Shown: positions 30,293-43,838 of the stretch, in pieces
Layout: every line of letters begins with the position of its first letter
How positions within the stretch are numbered: position 1 is the first letter of the stretch
Assembly (NCBI GenBank): GCA_032718475.1
Contig: JAUCBJ010007250.1
Location: 585-64,584 of the forward strand
DNA: 64,000 nucleotides
Origin: Nemertoderma westbladi
Lineage: Eukaryota > Animalia > Xenacoelomorpha
Reading direction: 5' to 3'
Program-made: the position numbers and the translations under genes
The notes under the pieces: generated by a model
Database searches by the model: none
The model's input: the letters and a program-made list of their open reading frames with translations, nothing else
What the model was told of the DNA's origin: nothing

Positions 30293-33200
30293 TTACGTTG
30301 GGGAGTCCCTAGATGTTTGTTGGATTAGGGAGGTGGTCGTGGGAAGAGTATCTTGCCTTCCATAGTTTCCGGATAGCTCTCTGTCTCTTTCCAGTAAACA
30401 TAAACGACCAACTGGGCGATTGAGTTGATGTGTTTCGAATACAATTCCAGGTTTCTTAAAGTTACGTCGCATGACGACGAGTTCTACCGATCGCACTAAA
30501 CCATCATCGGATATATGAGTCTCGATGATACGACCTGTCTGCCACCGCTTACGTGGAAGATCTGATTCCACAATAAGGACCATGTCTCCGGCGCTGACGT
30601 TTTCTTGCTGCGCAAACCACTTGGTTCGAAGTTTTAGCGTAGGCAAATAATGTTTTTCGAAATGGTCAGCGAAACGACGGGATAATAACTGCATTGTTGC
30701 CAAGTTTGTCGGCAGTATTCGTCTCCGTCCGTGATTTCCGATTGTGGGAGCATGGCTACAGGTTTCTTCAGTAGGAAATGCACGGGTGTTAGCGCTTCTA
30801 GGGAGTCGGGACTCGATGAGACTGGCATAAGCGGTCTCTCATTAAGATAGGCGGCGATTTCTTCCATTAACGTCCGCAAAACTTCGTCGGTGAGATACGC
30901 GCGGCAAGGCACTATAAAGTGAAATGCGGTCTTCACGCTCCTTATTAATCTCTCCCAACTTCCTCCCCACCAAGGGGCGTCGGTGGCGTTGAAGGTCCAG
31001 CTAGATGCTGTTACCCTTGGCTGATCGTCCACCTGTCTTTGGTTCCAATCGTTGACGTAAGCCTTGATTTCATTGTTGGCGCCAATGAAGTTTGTTCCCT
31101 TATCAGATCTCATCGTGTTGCTAGTTCCAAAGCGAGCGATCTGTCGGCGTAAACTCAGTATGAAGCTCTTGGTAGATAGATCGTTCACCATATCTAGACG
31201 GATCGCTCTACAAGTCATACAGACAAAGATGACACACCATCGCTTGACTATAGTCCTAGCACGATATACTTCAATAGGGCCAAATAAATCCACACCGGTA
31301 TTAGTAAAGGGTGGTTCATAGAAGCTTACTCGTTCCCTAGGTAATTCTGCCTCTCGCTGTGTTAAAGAAAAAAGCCTACTGATTGCTTTCCTACAGGGTA
31401 TACAGTTCCTAAGAACTTGGTTCAGAGCTCTACGGGGTTTATGGAAATAATAGCGAGTTCGAATTTCGCTCAGAACTCGTTCTCTACCAGCATGGTAAAG
31501 CCTACTGTGAACATCCACAATCATCTTGATTTGTATTTCAAGATTTCTAATGACTATGGGAAATTTAGTGTCAAAGGACAATGGAGCATTAGTTAGTCTC
31601 CCTCCAACACGTATTAACCCATCTATCATTGTGCTAGAGAAACGATCCCTTAAGCGCATCTGTGGATTTCTCACCAACAGGAAATACTTATCGGAATCTT
31701 CATAGCATTGCAGGAGTCTCAGTATCTGCTTATTGGTTTCTTCATGCTCTTGGTAACTGATCTTCTCCGTCAGAAACCTATCCGACACTTTGTATGTGGG
31801 AAGATCTTTAATAGCATGGACCTGCTCGGATGTCAGTGGAGCGGTATCACTAGCGATCTTCGTCCTGGAGTAGTGATGATGGAAGCATCGCTTCAAATAC
31901 ACGACGGCCTTACAAAGCCGATTCCAGGAGCTATAGTGATTTATCGCTCTCTGCAGGAGAGGTGAGAGTCCCTGCGAGATGTCTGGTGTTCCAGATTTCC
32001 AGTCTCTTTCTCTGATGTCTATAACAGATTTATTTGTGGTGGGGGAGTTTAGATCCACAGCGTCGTCCCTGGAGATGTGTAGTACAGACAGATCTATCAC
32101 GGGTTTAAATAACTTTGATTTACTCGTCTGGGTTTTAGGTTTGACTTTCTCCGCTCCCTTGGCTTGTCTAATCTCAGCCGTGGTGAGATGAGGAGGCCAT
32201 TCATCCTCTTCTTTACTTAGGAAGTCGGGTCCACCTAACCAGTCTGGAGTATCTATCAGTTCTTGAGGAGTTGCTCCTCTGGAGGCGATGTCGGCTGGAT
32301 TAATCGTCCCAGGGCAATGTCTCCATTGATCTACATTAGAGCGACTAAGTATAATGGCTACTCTGTTGGTAACGAAGACGCTGAACTGACAGACTTCATT
32401 GGTTATATACTCCAAAACGAGTAAAGCATCAGTCCAATAGACAGTTTTCTCCAGTGGATAGTCGATCTGTTCTGTTACATTCCGGCCGATGGCTGTAGCG
32501 TCTAGAGCCGCCTTTAACTCCGCTCGAGGAACTCGTAGTTTGTTGTTTATCAAGGCCTTAGAGGTGACCAAGGCAACTTTAATTCCATCCGGAGTTTCAA
32601 CCCTCAGGTAGGCTACTATACCTATTCCCATATCGCTGGCGTCTCCAAACACATGGAGTTGATAGGAATACGTGGGGAGAACGTGACCAAAATATGAACG
32701 GGAAATCATAAAGTTCTCGATGGAAGGTAGAGAATCTTCCCATTTCATCCACTTCTTTAGTAGTTCTCCCTTAAGTGGATCGTCCCACGAGTGGTTTTCA
32801 AGCCACATTTGTTGCACTAAGCTCCGAGCAACCAATATAACTGGGCTAATAAATCCCAATGGATCGAAATAAGTGCTCAGGATACTTAGACAAATCCGTT
32901 TAGTTCTAACTGGATTATCTCGCTGTTTTAACTGGAAAAACAAGATATCTCTCTCCGTGTCCCATTTCAAACCAAGCGTCTTGGTTTCCGGAAGATCGTC
33001 CTTGATGAGGTCCAGATCTTTAACACCTCGGTCTTCTACCGGGATCGATTCCAGAAACTCACGGGAGTTACTAGTGAATTTGGTTAGTCGAAATCCACCG
33101 CGTCGCAAACACTCTACCGTTCCCTTGGCAACATCAATGGCTTCTTTCACCGATGGGAGGGACTTTAAATTGTCGTCCATGTATATATCCCGTTTGATGT

Positions 33201-36200
33201 TGTCGATAACTGCTTTAGAGAAGGCGTCTCGGTTGTCATCAGCAGTGGTGCGCACTACTGAACAAGCGTTCGAGGGGCTCGAGATGATCCCGAAAGCCTG
33301 GATGGTCATCCAGTACTCCACCGGTTTTTGGTTGAGGTCTCCTTCAGGCCACCACAGAAATCGTAGGCTGTCTCGATCCCTATCCAGCGCCTTGACTTGT
33401 AAGAACATGCCTTCTATATCCGAAGCGAAAGCGATAGAATATTGCCGTAATCTTAATAGTATTCCCAACAAGGATTGGAGTAAGTTGGGTCCAGGCAACA
33501 ATTCGGAGTTCAGGGATTGGCCCATGTAAAGGGCGGAGCCGTCGAACACTACCCGGACTTCGTTGGGTTTACCGGGTTTGGGAACGTAATGATGTGTTAG
33601 ATAATACGTTCTCTCTGTGATGGGTGTTTCTTCCGGTACTCGCTCCGCGTATCCCTTATCGATAAATTTCTTCAGCTGGGTCTTATACATTTCCCTGGCT
33701 GAGACATTGGCCGTAAGACGCCGATGTAGTTGCGCGATTCTCTTCTCCGCTAATGGTCGTTATTTATAAAGTTGGGTTCTCGCCGTCGGAACGGAAGACC
33801 AATCTCATAGCGACCTTGATCTTTAAGAAAACGGGTAGTCGTTTCCTGAATCTGCTTGGCTCTCTCTTCCTCGACGGACAGGGCCTTGTCGTAGGAATTA
33901 GGCTCTACTGCTTCTTGAGTAAAGAATCGTATGGCGTGTTCATCGCGAATCTTATTGTTGTATCGATCTATCACCTCGTTTAATTCGTCGTTGTAGTTGA
34001 ATTGTCCGCCATAATTGATGAGATGGCACAGGTTTACTTGGTTTCGCCAAGTTTCATTTTCGGTGAGGAGGTCGATTGTATTTTCCTCGTCGAATAATTG
34101 GTTAATATCGTCATTATCTGAGGAGTATGGTATTCCCTCAGTTGTGGTTTCTCCCTCACTGATTTCTTCTTCCCATTCACTCACCTGATGTATCCTTTCT
34201 TGAGGGAGTCTTTCCATCAGTGTTCTACGGGAAGGTCCAGTGAAGTACCAACCTACTCTCGTTCTTCCCGCGTACGTTTGTAATGGTTGCGGTCAAGCAG
34301 GCCGTTTTTCTAATGTCTCTAGCGCCTCGTGCGCATTTTGGCCGATCAATATCTGTACCCCTGGGTAGTCGGTGTTGAATCTAGGGATATCATGCTGCTG
34401 GGTAAAATGATCTTCGTCCCAGTTGTAAGGTTCCACTTGGCTGGTAGCAAAGTTCTTTATCGCCACCATTTTTACTGACCTTATGCTATGTTCTCCTAGT
34501 TCATCCTGGGGAGTGGACAACGCGCCTACATAGTAATCTGTAGCTACTGTGGATTTCCAAACCTGCATAATTCCTGAAAGGTTCAACTTAGTTCGGAACT
34601 TGGGTTGTCCAGCAAAGATGTCTTCGGCTAGTTCTTTGTCGATGAATGTACCTGTGCTGCCGGAGTCAAGGAGGGCGTTTACTATAAGACTCTTACTTAG
34701 CCCGTGGACTCTCAGCTGCACCACTGGGAATTCCCGGATTCCGACGTTGGAAGTTGGCGCTTTCCAAGATGGTTGTCGGTCCGGAATAGTCAGTTGCGCT
34801 TCGTTATCGGTTTCAGTCTCATACGTAAGCGCTCGATACACTGCGGTGTTTATCATATAACAGGATTCGTTTTCGTCGGAGAATTCGTCCGTGTAGAATC
34901 CTTCCATCTCAGAGCTGTGGTCAGTGTCGTTCACATCACTGAATTGGACATGTAGTTCGGACTCACTTACCTGACTCGTGCGGGTTCTATCAAATTCTGT
35001 GTGCAGCAAGATATGATGTTTTGCGCCGCACTTAGTGCACCTCGTGTCTGAGTAACAGGTCCGCCGTTGGTGTCCTTGTCTGAGACAATTATAACACAAC
35101 CGCTTATCCCACATGACATCACGTCTATCCTTTAGGGATTTCTTCAAGAATTCATCACATCCACTCAAGCGATGGGGCCCGTCGCACAATGCACATTTGG
35201 GTTTGATGTTACTTACTTTAACCTGGGTTGTGTTGTGCACACTTGTTCTTTCCTCGGGCTTTCTTCCATGAATTCTCTTAGGAGACATGGGAGGAGTTGT
35301 TGTTACCTGTTCTCTCCTGTCACTGGTTCGAGACTTAGATTTACTTACTGTCTTTACTGTGTTTTGTTGACATAATAAGATCTTTCGGTGTCTTTCCCGC
35401 TGTTCTCCTTGTGGGAGGTCTGGCTTTCGCCGTCGTCTGTATAACACACTGGTGTTACCTTTCTCCTAGAAACGGGTTTTTCACTCACCTTATTTTCCGG
35501 TGTCTTCTCTCGGGACTGCTTTAGGAGCTGTAATCTTACCTCTCCATTTAAGAATGACATGAGATCAGCCATGGTAGGGTCTCTTTGTTGCTGGTCCATC
35601 ATATAGAGAACTCTTTTGTCCCAACGAGTACCTACTCCACCCTTTGGCAAAGTAGATGCTACGGCTCCAACAACCATGGAACTCTGATATTCATGAGACT
35701 TACCTAACCAATCTAGTTGTCTACAGATCTCCTGAATCTCATCGGAAAACTCTATAATCCCGCTGCTAAGGAACTTTCGGGGCGCTACTAATTTCGCATA
35801 CAAATACCTAGCTATGTTAGTCCTATTACCATACCTGATGTTTAGTGTATCCCAAACTTGTCTTAATCCATCTGGATGTCCAATAAACTTTAACGCCATT
35901 AACTTGGGAGGTCCTTCCAAGCACTCGATGAGGAATCTAAGTTTCTCTCCGTTAGATAGTACAGAGTTCTGTATGTTATCTTTATAATACTCATTAAAAG
36001 GTAACCATTTCATCTCATCTCCATTGAACTTGACGATCTCTCCCACCTTTACCGCTTGACGGGCTTCGGTTCTAGCCATTTGACGCATAAAACTTTCTTG
36101 GGCCATCGTATTATTTAATATCGAGTTATCGGTATATAAATTTCTCGGATTATGATCAGGTCTTATGGAATATCATTATCAACAGGTTTATAATTACCCT

Positions 36201-38755
36201 TAATAGGGGCTACTATAGGAGTTTCTACTTCACTAGCAGTATAGATGCGTGTAGGCTCCACACCTTGCGCATGAAATACTTCAGACCTAACAGGTTGACA
36301 CATTGTTACAGGTGGTGGTATACCCCTTTGTATATTTACTAATTTATCGCGTTCTAACGCGATACTCTGCTGCACTTCTTGCAATTCTAACCTACTCTCT
36401 CTTACTGTTCCCTTTAACTGCTGAACAGTCCCTTCCAACTCTCGGACCTGTTGGGAGGAACGTATACGATGTTCCTCCAGCTGCCCGAGCAGGAGATCCG
36501 TCCCCCGCCGTCCCTCATCCACCCACTCTACCGCCGAAGCGGGAGCCGCCAACATAGTAGCGGGTAGACGAGGGACGACGGGCGACAAATCGTTGATGTC
36601 TTGCTCGGCGTCCAGGACTGGGATTGATTCAGGGGCTGTTCTACTGGGCACAGGTAGTTTAGTACTGTGCAAAGGGAATTTAGAGTTAGGTTCTGGAAGT
36701 ACAGGGGTCTCTATCACAGAGGGAGTGGCTTCGAGAACAGGCCTAATTATTTCAGGCTCATCTACTATAGTAGGGAGTCTTTCTACCCTAATAATTTGGT
36801 CTGTAGGCGCAGGATTACTTAAATCTACACTAGCTAGTTGCCTTCTCACAGCTGGAGGCAAATTAGGCAATTTCTGCCGGTGCAACGCCCTTCTACGTCC
36901 GCTGGAACGAGATTTATTTCCTCTACCTTCAGGATCTGTTGTATCGCCTTCATCAGAGGATGTAAATCCCTGTCTCTTGGGAGTAGATCGACTTAGCAGC
37001 TGCATCTGAGTAGCTGTTCTCTGTTTGTTTAAGTAATCTTGCTTCACTTGAAGATTTTCCAGCTCTAGTTGGGCTGTCTCTTCAGATGCCCTCCGTTTTG
37101 CTTCTACCACGGCCTCTGCCGCTTTTCTTTCAGCTTCTGCCACCTTTCTTTCAACTTCTGCCGCTGCCGCTGCCGCTTTTCTTTCAGCTTCTGCCGCCTT
37201 TCTTTCAACTTCTGCCGCTGCCGCTGCCGCTGCCGCTGCTGCTGCCGCTGCCGCTTTTCTTTCAGCTTCTGCCGCTGCCGCTGCTGCTGCCGCCTTTCTT
37301 TCAGCTTCTGCCGCTGCCGCTGCTGCTGCCGCTGCCGCTGCCGCTGCCGCTGCCGCTGCCGCTGCCGCTGCTGCTGCCGCTGCCGCTGCCGCTGCCGCTG
37401 CCGCTGCCGCTGCCGCTGCCGCTGCCGCTGCCGCTGCCGCTGCCGCTGCCGCTGCCGCTGCCGCTGCCGCTGCCGCTGCCGCTGCCGCTGCCGCTGCCGC
37501 TGCCGCTGCCGCTGCCGCTGCCGCTGCCGCTGCCGCTGCCGCTGCCGCTGCCGCTGCCGCTGCCGCTGCAGCTGCCTTTCTGTCTTCTATCTGTTTTTTC
37601 TTTAGTTGTTCATCCTGCTCCATAGCGATGAGGATGCTTTCATCAAATTTAGCCTGCTCAGCGGCTAATATTTCCGCGTCTAACGAGTCCAACACAAATT
37701 TGGCCCCCTCACTATTAGGGTGAAGTCCAGCTAGCCTTCTCCTTAGCTCTTTGTCACCTATGAATCGTTGATAGTCCGACAGATAGATGTCAATAGCATC
37801 CTTCTTCTGAGGTTTCTCGGATGTAGCTTCGCTTTCCACCTGAGAAAAGGTAGCGTCTGTTGATTCTCCGTGGGTCATGCGCTCGGTTAGCTGAGCTTTC
37901 CATTGTGTCGTTCCCTGGACTTTAAGACTCACCCATTGGAACCAAGTCTTTACGGCCACTTGCAACGACGTGTCTTGGCTTCTCTTCGAAGCTTCCTCAA
38001 AGGCTGAAAGGATTAGTCTGATCCGTAAAATTCGTTCTCGCACTTGATAAAGCAGCTCTCCCTGCTCTTGAGGTCCTTGACGTTGTTGAAACAGGTGTTC
38101 CTCTAATCGCTCCAAAGAGCTGAAGAATCCCTGGACATATCCTGCTGCCGACCTCTTCCACACAGCTGGATCTCGAGTGTCCCTTACTACTCCCATCCTG
38201 TATAAGTCCTCCCAGGCAGCTTCCGATAAGTTAAACGGGAGTCCGGGTCCGGGGAAGTTCCATTGCGTCTCGACAATAGACCTTCAGTTCCTCCATCGTG
38301 TATCCCGCATAACTGTCCTTGGTCGATCGCTTACTTCTCGCCCAATCGATTTGATGTTCTTCCACAGCAATCAATACTCTAGTGAGTACGGCTCCAGGAA
38401 GAATTAGAAGTGGATCTGGATAAACCGCTTCTGTCATCCTTGCTCCGATCTCGGGTGTCAACTCTACAGTGTCTGAACTACTGGAGTTATCGGGCCGCTG
38501 AGAAATAAGTTCTCGGTTCGGGTGCTGCTGCTGTTTAACAGCTGCCTCTTGGTCCCGCTTGACTTGAGCCCTAGTGCCTATGATAGACCTATGGTGCTTT
38601 ACTAGCCTAGGGTCTGATACTACTACTGTAGGGATGACCTTTCTTACAGTAGGAGGGGACTTGGACTTCGGTCTCAGATTTTCTATACTCCTATCTGAGT
38701 CACAGACTGTTCTTTCTAGGAGACTATCTGACAGTGTTTGCTTTGTGTCAGCCAT
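30293..38755 (-). pseudogene. gag-pol: Element B gag-pol, broken by several frameshifts
   Basis: ORF pieces carry Gag core (KFNGDEMKW), CYNCLRQGHQRRTC, protease ALLDSGS, RT IYMDD, RNase H HVFGDAS and PRAEL, integrase GVDLFGP, SDKGTNF, WERLI. Some breaks could be sequencing indels. Confidence 0.92.
37135..37575 (-). repeat. (GCGGCA)n microsatellite encoding poly-alanine in B gag
   Basis: About 270 bp of nearly pure GCCGCT on the + strand, followed in the protein by AEAERKAA repeats. Confidence 0.95.
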
Positions 38756-40633
38756 GATTTATATTGCAGTTGAATGCCTACTACTATAACGACAGTTAAA
38801 GTAAGTCTAGTAATTCAGTATCAACTGTAAGCCTAGTAATTAATTACCGATACCGTTACTCAGTGTAACGTGATATATATATATATTAAAATACCGGTAT
38901 ACACTTATAGTATATATATAAGTATTATTATAGACTAGGGTTAGTCACAGAATACCGGTATATAATTTCAGCCTAAATTTATATAAATATATATAATAAG
39001 CCTACCGTAAATACCGGTATACACCTATAGTATATATAAGTATTATTATAGACTAGGATTAGTTATCAGAATACCGGTATATAATTTCAGCCTAAATTTA
39101 TATAAATAAATATAATAAGCCTACCGTAAATACCGGTAATGTCAATTATTTTATAATAACTGAATTTCTGAATTTTAGGGTTACTTTCCTTTACTTTATT
39201 ACTGTTATTAAGCAGTAGTCCAACTGATATTAAGACCTAATTGATGTATAACAGGCCTACTATTTTATAAATCTGTTTTAGTTGATTTATAATATATTAT
39301 GTACCCGTACAAGGGGTTGTGACAATAGTTTGAAATAAATGTTATTATTTCTGGGTAAGGAGTCACTGCACAGAAGCTGAACGCTCTCAGTGGAGTGCTA
39401 CTTGTTGGACACTAAAACGAATAATTCTACTTTACTAAGTTACTTATCACTACAAATTACTTACAATTACAGTTTGAGATTACAATCTCTAAATAAACAC
39501 CAAAAGTTACACGTACAAATTTTAGGGTAATTTTACAAGAAATCTACAAACCAGCCTAACAAGGAGTTAGAATTTCTGGTTCTTACAAACTGACAGGATA
39601 CTACGGTATTTGAAAACAATAAAGCAGTAGTAAGTAAATTGCATTATCCAGATAAGAAAATACCACCGTCTGACGACTTATAGTCTTAGCTCTATAAGTA
39701 CTACGTTATGTACCCGGAGTGTCCTTACCTATAAGTCAATTACCGCAGCCAACCAGAGCTAACGTGCCTATTAACCACTTTACAACACAAATATACTGCC
39801 TACACACTAAATTACTTTCGGAAAGCACTGTACACTAAACCCTAAATTAGGTACAAGTACTTATACAACAAATAACCAGCAGTTAAATATACTTGAACAG
39901 CTAAAAGAACCACGGTATCTGCTGGAGTGACCGGAGCACAAAATCACCAGTCTTTACCTACGCCAAGCAGCCCTGATGTAGTACCGGGGTTAATTTAACT
40001 ATAACGCTATGTATAATAAGCACAATTACTGTAGGAATAAACTTGGGGGGTTGTAGGTTGCGAATACTCGCATATACTCTGAATAATAAATATTACGCTA
40101 CCCGTGCAGACTATACAAACAAAATACAGACCAAATGCTGGCAGACTACTGTCAAGCCTAAATAAATTACAGTATATGGAGACTCCGAAATGGTTAGTTA
40201 GTAGGCGTTCTAACCAAGTAGTACGACTTATTCTTTCGGGGGGATTTACCTTACAGCACTGGATGCCCCCCACCTTCCTAACTAGCACTTTATCGGACAG
40301 ACACTCTACACACACTGCAATCGCTTCGGACCTAACAACAGTCAGACAACAATCCGGCCTACAAATTATTTATACAATCTGAGCAGGCTTACACGCCTTC
40401 TGCTCAATATTACACTTACAGATAAATAAACTGACAGAAATAAGTAAACCATACAAAGGAATAAGGGGTGATCAATCCCTAATCCCCTAACAGCCTGCAA
40501 TATACAATATTTTACAATCGAAATAATACTGGTACCTGTAAGTACCGGTTCGGGTGGTTAGGTAGTTAGGCCTACAGTTCACCGTCCAACCGGTACATTC
40601 GACTTTATTGCCTACGGTGCGATAAAGAAACAA

Positions 40634-40644
40634 AAATCTATTAT
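40634..40644 (-). promoter_or_regulatory. Non-tRNA primer-binding site of B (ATAATAGATTT), complementary to LTR 41380-41390
   Basis: + strand AAATCTATTAT (40634-40644) versus ATAATAGATTT (41380-41390; also 5375-5385 in the 3' LTR). Confidence 0.75.
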
Positions 40645-41474
40645 TGTTCGCGCTTTTAGACCTTTAGCAGTTTAACCTGCCAATTTTAGTTGTCTTCTTG
40701 TTTATAAATCGACTTTAGCCTAGACCAATTATTTAATGTACTGAAGTTACATCCACCGAATCCAGTCTGTGCGTGATCATTCACCCACAGTTAAGGGAGA
40801 CTGGATTCGGGTGCTTTGAAGTTATTGCGGTGCAGACCTACTGTATTATTCGATTGATAGTTACTATATAATCTCTGACAAATATATTTACTTTCGGGGA
40901 AATATTAACAGTTCCTTTAGGACGTGGCGCTTTAAGTATAAAAACAGAGTTATGACTTATACTAATCACAACTAGATGGCTACTGAGTTTCGTAAATAGC
41001 GCATTCTTTAGGAGATGCTTCATTATCTGTCACACTACTTCACACGACTTCACACTACTGCACACTGATCTGCCGACCGTCACTGAATTTGATCATATAT
41101 AAGGAAGATCGCAACTGACGCTTGTAGGGATTATGAAATAGCATTTAATTCATACAAAAACCACTACAATTTAAGTCGCAGTTGCTACCGGTAACCTGTT
41201 CCTCTCACCTTCAGTAATCAAGAAGATTGGGGGTTTTATGATTATTCATCGGTATTCTTCAAATATATCAGCAATATATATCCATATAACAACAATTAAT
41301 AACAGAAGCAAATAATGCAGTGAACAATCAGTATGTGTTACGTAATGCATTGAGTTGTGTTATTCAGTATGTATGCAGGATAATAGATTTACGTTCTTGT
41401 AATCAAAGCCATCAGATGTTTAGGCCAAAGTCTGAAACTTCTGATGACTTGTTATGTCCGCAAAAGCTTTTACA
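40645..41474 (-). repeat. 5' LTR of element B (830 bp; lacks ~275 bp present at ~5437-5712)
   Basis: Direct comparison with the 3' LTR; the missing part includes the CCAAT-box region. Confidence 0.93.
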
Positions 41475-41479
41475 CATAT

Positions 41480-41600
41480 GGTGGGATATACATGAAAAGT
41501 AAAGACGATCCATCTACTAAACGTAATTGAAAACAATCAGTATAGAATGATTCAATTGACAGAATTAAATGTTTCATTGATAAACGGTAAGAAATGGAGC
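41480..41600 (-). pseudogene. LINE AP-endonuclease fragment (part 2 of 3)
   Basis: Encodes ...LLFMYIPP, continuous with 4634 after removing B. Confidence 0.75.
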
Positions 41601-41614
41601 AGCCGCCACTTGGG

Positions 41615-41870
41615 TAGAGCTCAATACAGTTTGCAGTCAATGCAGGACATTGCTTTCGCCGTGAGGACCAGCCAGTGCATAATCTTGTACTTTGGCTGCC
41701 TCATGGAGTGAATAAGCATGGTGGCCAGCCCATGACTTTCTTGAGACGCATCTTAAAGGACACTGGCCTTGAAGATGCGGGTGATCTAGCAAATGTCATG
41801 GGTGATAGGGAGTTGTGGCGGTGCAATTTTGTCGAAAATGCAGCTGCAATGCAGCATGCCGATCCTAGAA
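41615..41870 (+). mobile_element. 3' end fragment of an RTE-type LINE
   Basis: GHCFRREDQPVHNLVLWLP...KDTGL...MGDRELWR resembles RTE ORF2 C-termini. Confidence 0.6.
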
Positions 41871-42109
41871 TACAGTTTAAATCGGGAAAGTTAACAGTAT
41901 GGTAACCCTGTCCACGAAGCTAAGGAAAATCAACTACTTTCGCTAAGAAAGATTTTCCTTAGCTGAGATGGTCTATTCATAGTGGGCTATTTTCCTTGTA
42001 TGGAGCAGATTTGGTTTTTTTGACCCCCGGCAAATCTAGCCTTTAAAAGTACCCTGAAATTTTGCATGTATATACTGCTCGGCGAGGCGCATCTTTTGGG
42101 CCGGGTCTC

Positions 42110-43540
42110 ATATCCAGGAAAAATCTGGTTTCCATGGCAACGGACTTAGAAAAAAGTCTATGTATTTCAAGTCAATATTTATAACTCTATTTATAGGAAA
42201 ACTATAATAGATATAAACTTGGGGTTTCGCAACACAACTATAAGGTCCATAGCAGATCCGATTGAGGCTAAATAGAAAATCCAGTTACCTTGGCAACCGG
42301 GATAAACAGATGTTAAAATTTATAAAATGTTAATTTGAGGCCTAAGGGCAAGGTGTTATGACTTGGGACCAACCCGTACCCCCACTATATAACTTATTCT
42401 GCATCCGAATTACATTGTTCTATTTTTCAGTTACCATGACAACCGCTGAAAACAGATGTTTTTATTCAAAACTTATTCATTTGGACATAGACTTCACGAT
42501 AAAATTTTACAAAACTGGGTATGTGTTATCTGGACAACTAGTTGGAACTTTTAGTGAAACTCAAATCATTCCAGAAATATCTAGTTACCGTGGTAACTGG
42601 AGTTTATTACAGATTATATCATTCAAGTCTATATTCATAACTCTATTTGTAGAAAAACCGCAATAGATATAAACTTGGGGTTTCTCAACTCAACTATAGG
42701 GCCATAGTCGAGCAGATTGAGGTAAATTAAAAAATCATGTTACCATGGCAACCAGGCTAAACAGATGTTCAAATTTAAAAATGATAATTTTAAGCAAAAG
42801 TTAAAGGTATTACAGTATGACATGGGACCAATCCCTACCCCCTCTATATAACTTATTCTGCATCCGAATTACGTTGTTCTATTTTTCAGTTTCCATGGCA
42901 ACTGCTAAAAACAGATGTTTTGACACAAAAATTGTTCATTTTGAACATAGACTAAGCGATAACATTCTCTGAAACTGGGTATGTAATACATGGACTCCTA
43001 TTTGGAACTTTTAGAAAAACTCAAAACTTCTAGAAATATCTAGTTACCATGGTAACTGGAATTTATTAAAATCCATTACATTAAAGTCTATTATCTCTAT
43101 TTGTACAACAACCATAATAGATCGAAACTTGAAGTTTTTCAACTCAATTATAAAGACAATTGTTGCGCTTATTGAGGTCAATTAGAAAATTCAGTTACCA
43201 GGCAACCAGGATAAACATATGTTTAAATTTATCAAATAATTACTTAAGCCATACATTTAGATATTACGACTTGGGACCAACCCCTACCCCCACTATATCA
43301 CTTATTCTGCATCCAATTAACGTTTTTATATTTATCAGTTTCCAAGACAACCACTGCAAACTGATGTTTTAACAAATACATCCTTAATTTTGGACATCCA
43401 CTACTCAATGAAACTTCTTGAAGTCAATTTGTGTCAAGGAACCACAAACTGGATCTTAATGTAAAACCGAGCAGTTCTAGAAAACTCCAGTTGCCATGGT
43501 GATGGGAGTTGAATTAAGACATATGACTTTTACCTAGGTA
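42110..43540. repeat. Diverged tandem array: ~152-bp subunits in ~455-bp higher-order units, each subunit with a GTTRCCATGGYAAC-like palindrome
   Basis: Palindromes at 42128, 42284, 42430, 42584, 42739, 42889, 43043, 43194, 43338, 43490; longer blocks recur at ~42181, 42637, 43092. Confidence 0.85.
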
Positions 43541-43559
43541 AACCAATGAACTGATGAGG

Positions 43560-43773
43560 CAAGTGTGTTTGATTTTCATTAGCTTCGTGGTTGCATTTCC
43601 TTAAGGAAATGCCTTTCTAGTAAATTAAGATTACACTGGTTTTTTACAGTATGAGTTTCACGAAGAAATATTATATGAAAAATAGACAAAAACCAGTTTA
43701 TATTCATGTTATTTAAAGTGTTAGTACCATTGATATTCCACGAAAAAATGTTTAAGTCAATAAACTGCCACAC
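43560..43773 (-). pseudogene. LINE AP-endonuclease N-terminus (probable part 1 of the split LINE)
   Basis: SWNING and IIFLRETH motifs; same strand as and upstream of parts 2 and 3. Confidence 0.65.
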
Positions 43774-43838
43774 TAACCCCTTTTCTTAAAAACCGAGTTC
43801 GGCATCTTCAGGCGGTCAACTTCTATGTAACTATTATA

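Larger units (their letters stand above)
4640..41474 (-). mobile_element. BEL/Pao LTR retrotransposon B (degenerate; hosts element A)
   Basis: LTRs 4640-5743 and 40645-41474 with TGT...ACA ends; 5-bp TSD CATAT at 4635-4639 and 41475-41479; PPT GGGAGCGG at 5744-5751; gag-PR-RT-RH-IN order with Pao motifs. Confidence 0.95.

Noticed and set aside
37069-37625. Cys-Arg and Leu-Pro repeat ORFs, and other antisense or shadow ORFs over gag-pol
   Set aside because: Alternative-frame readings of microsatellites or of real coding strands.
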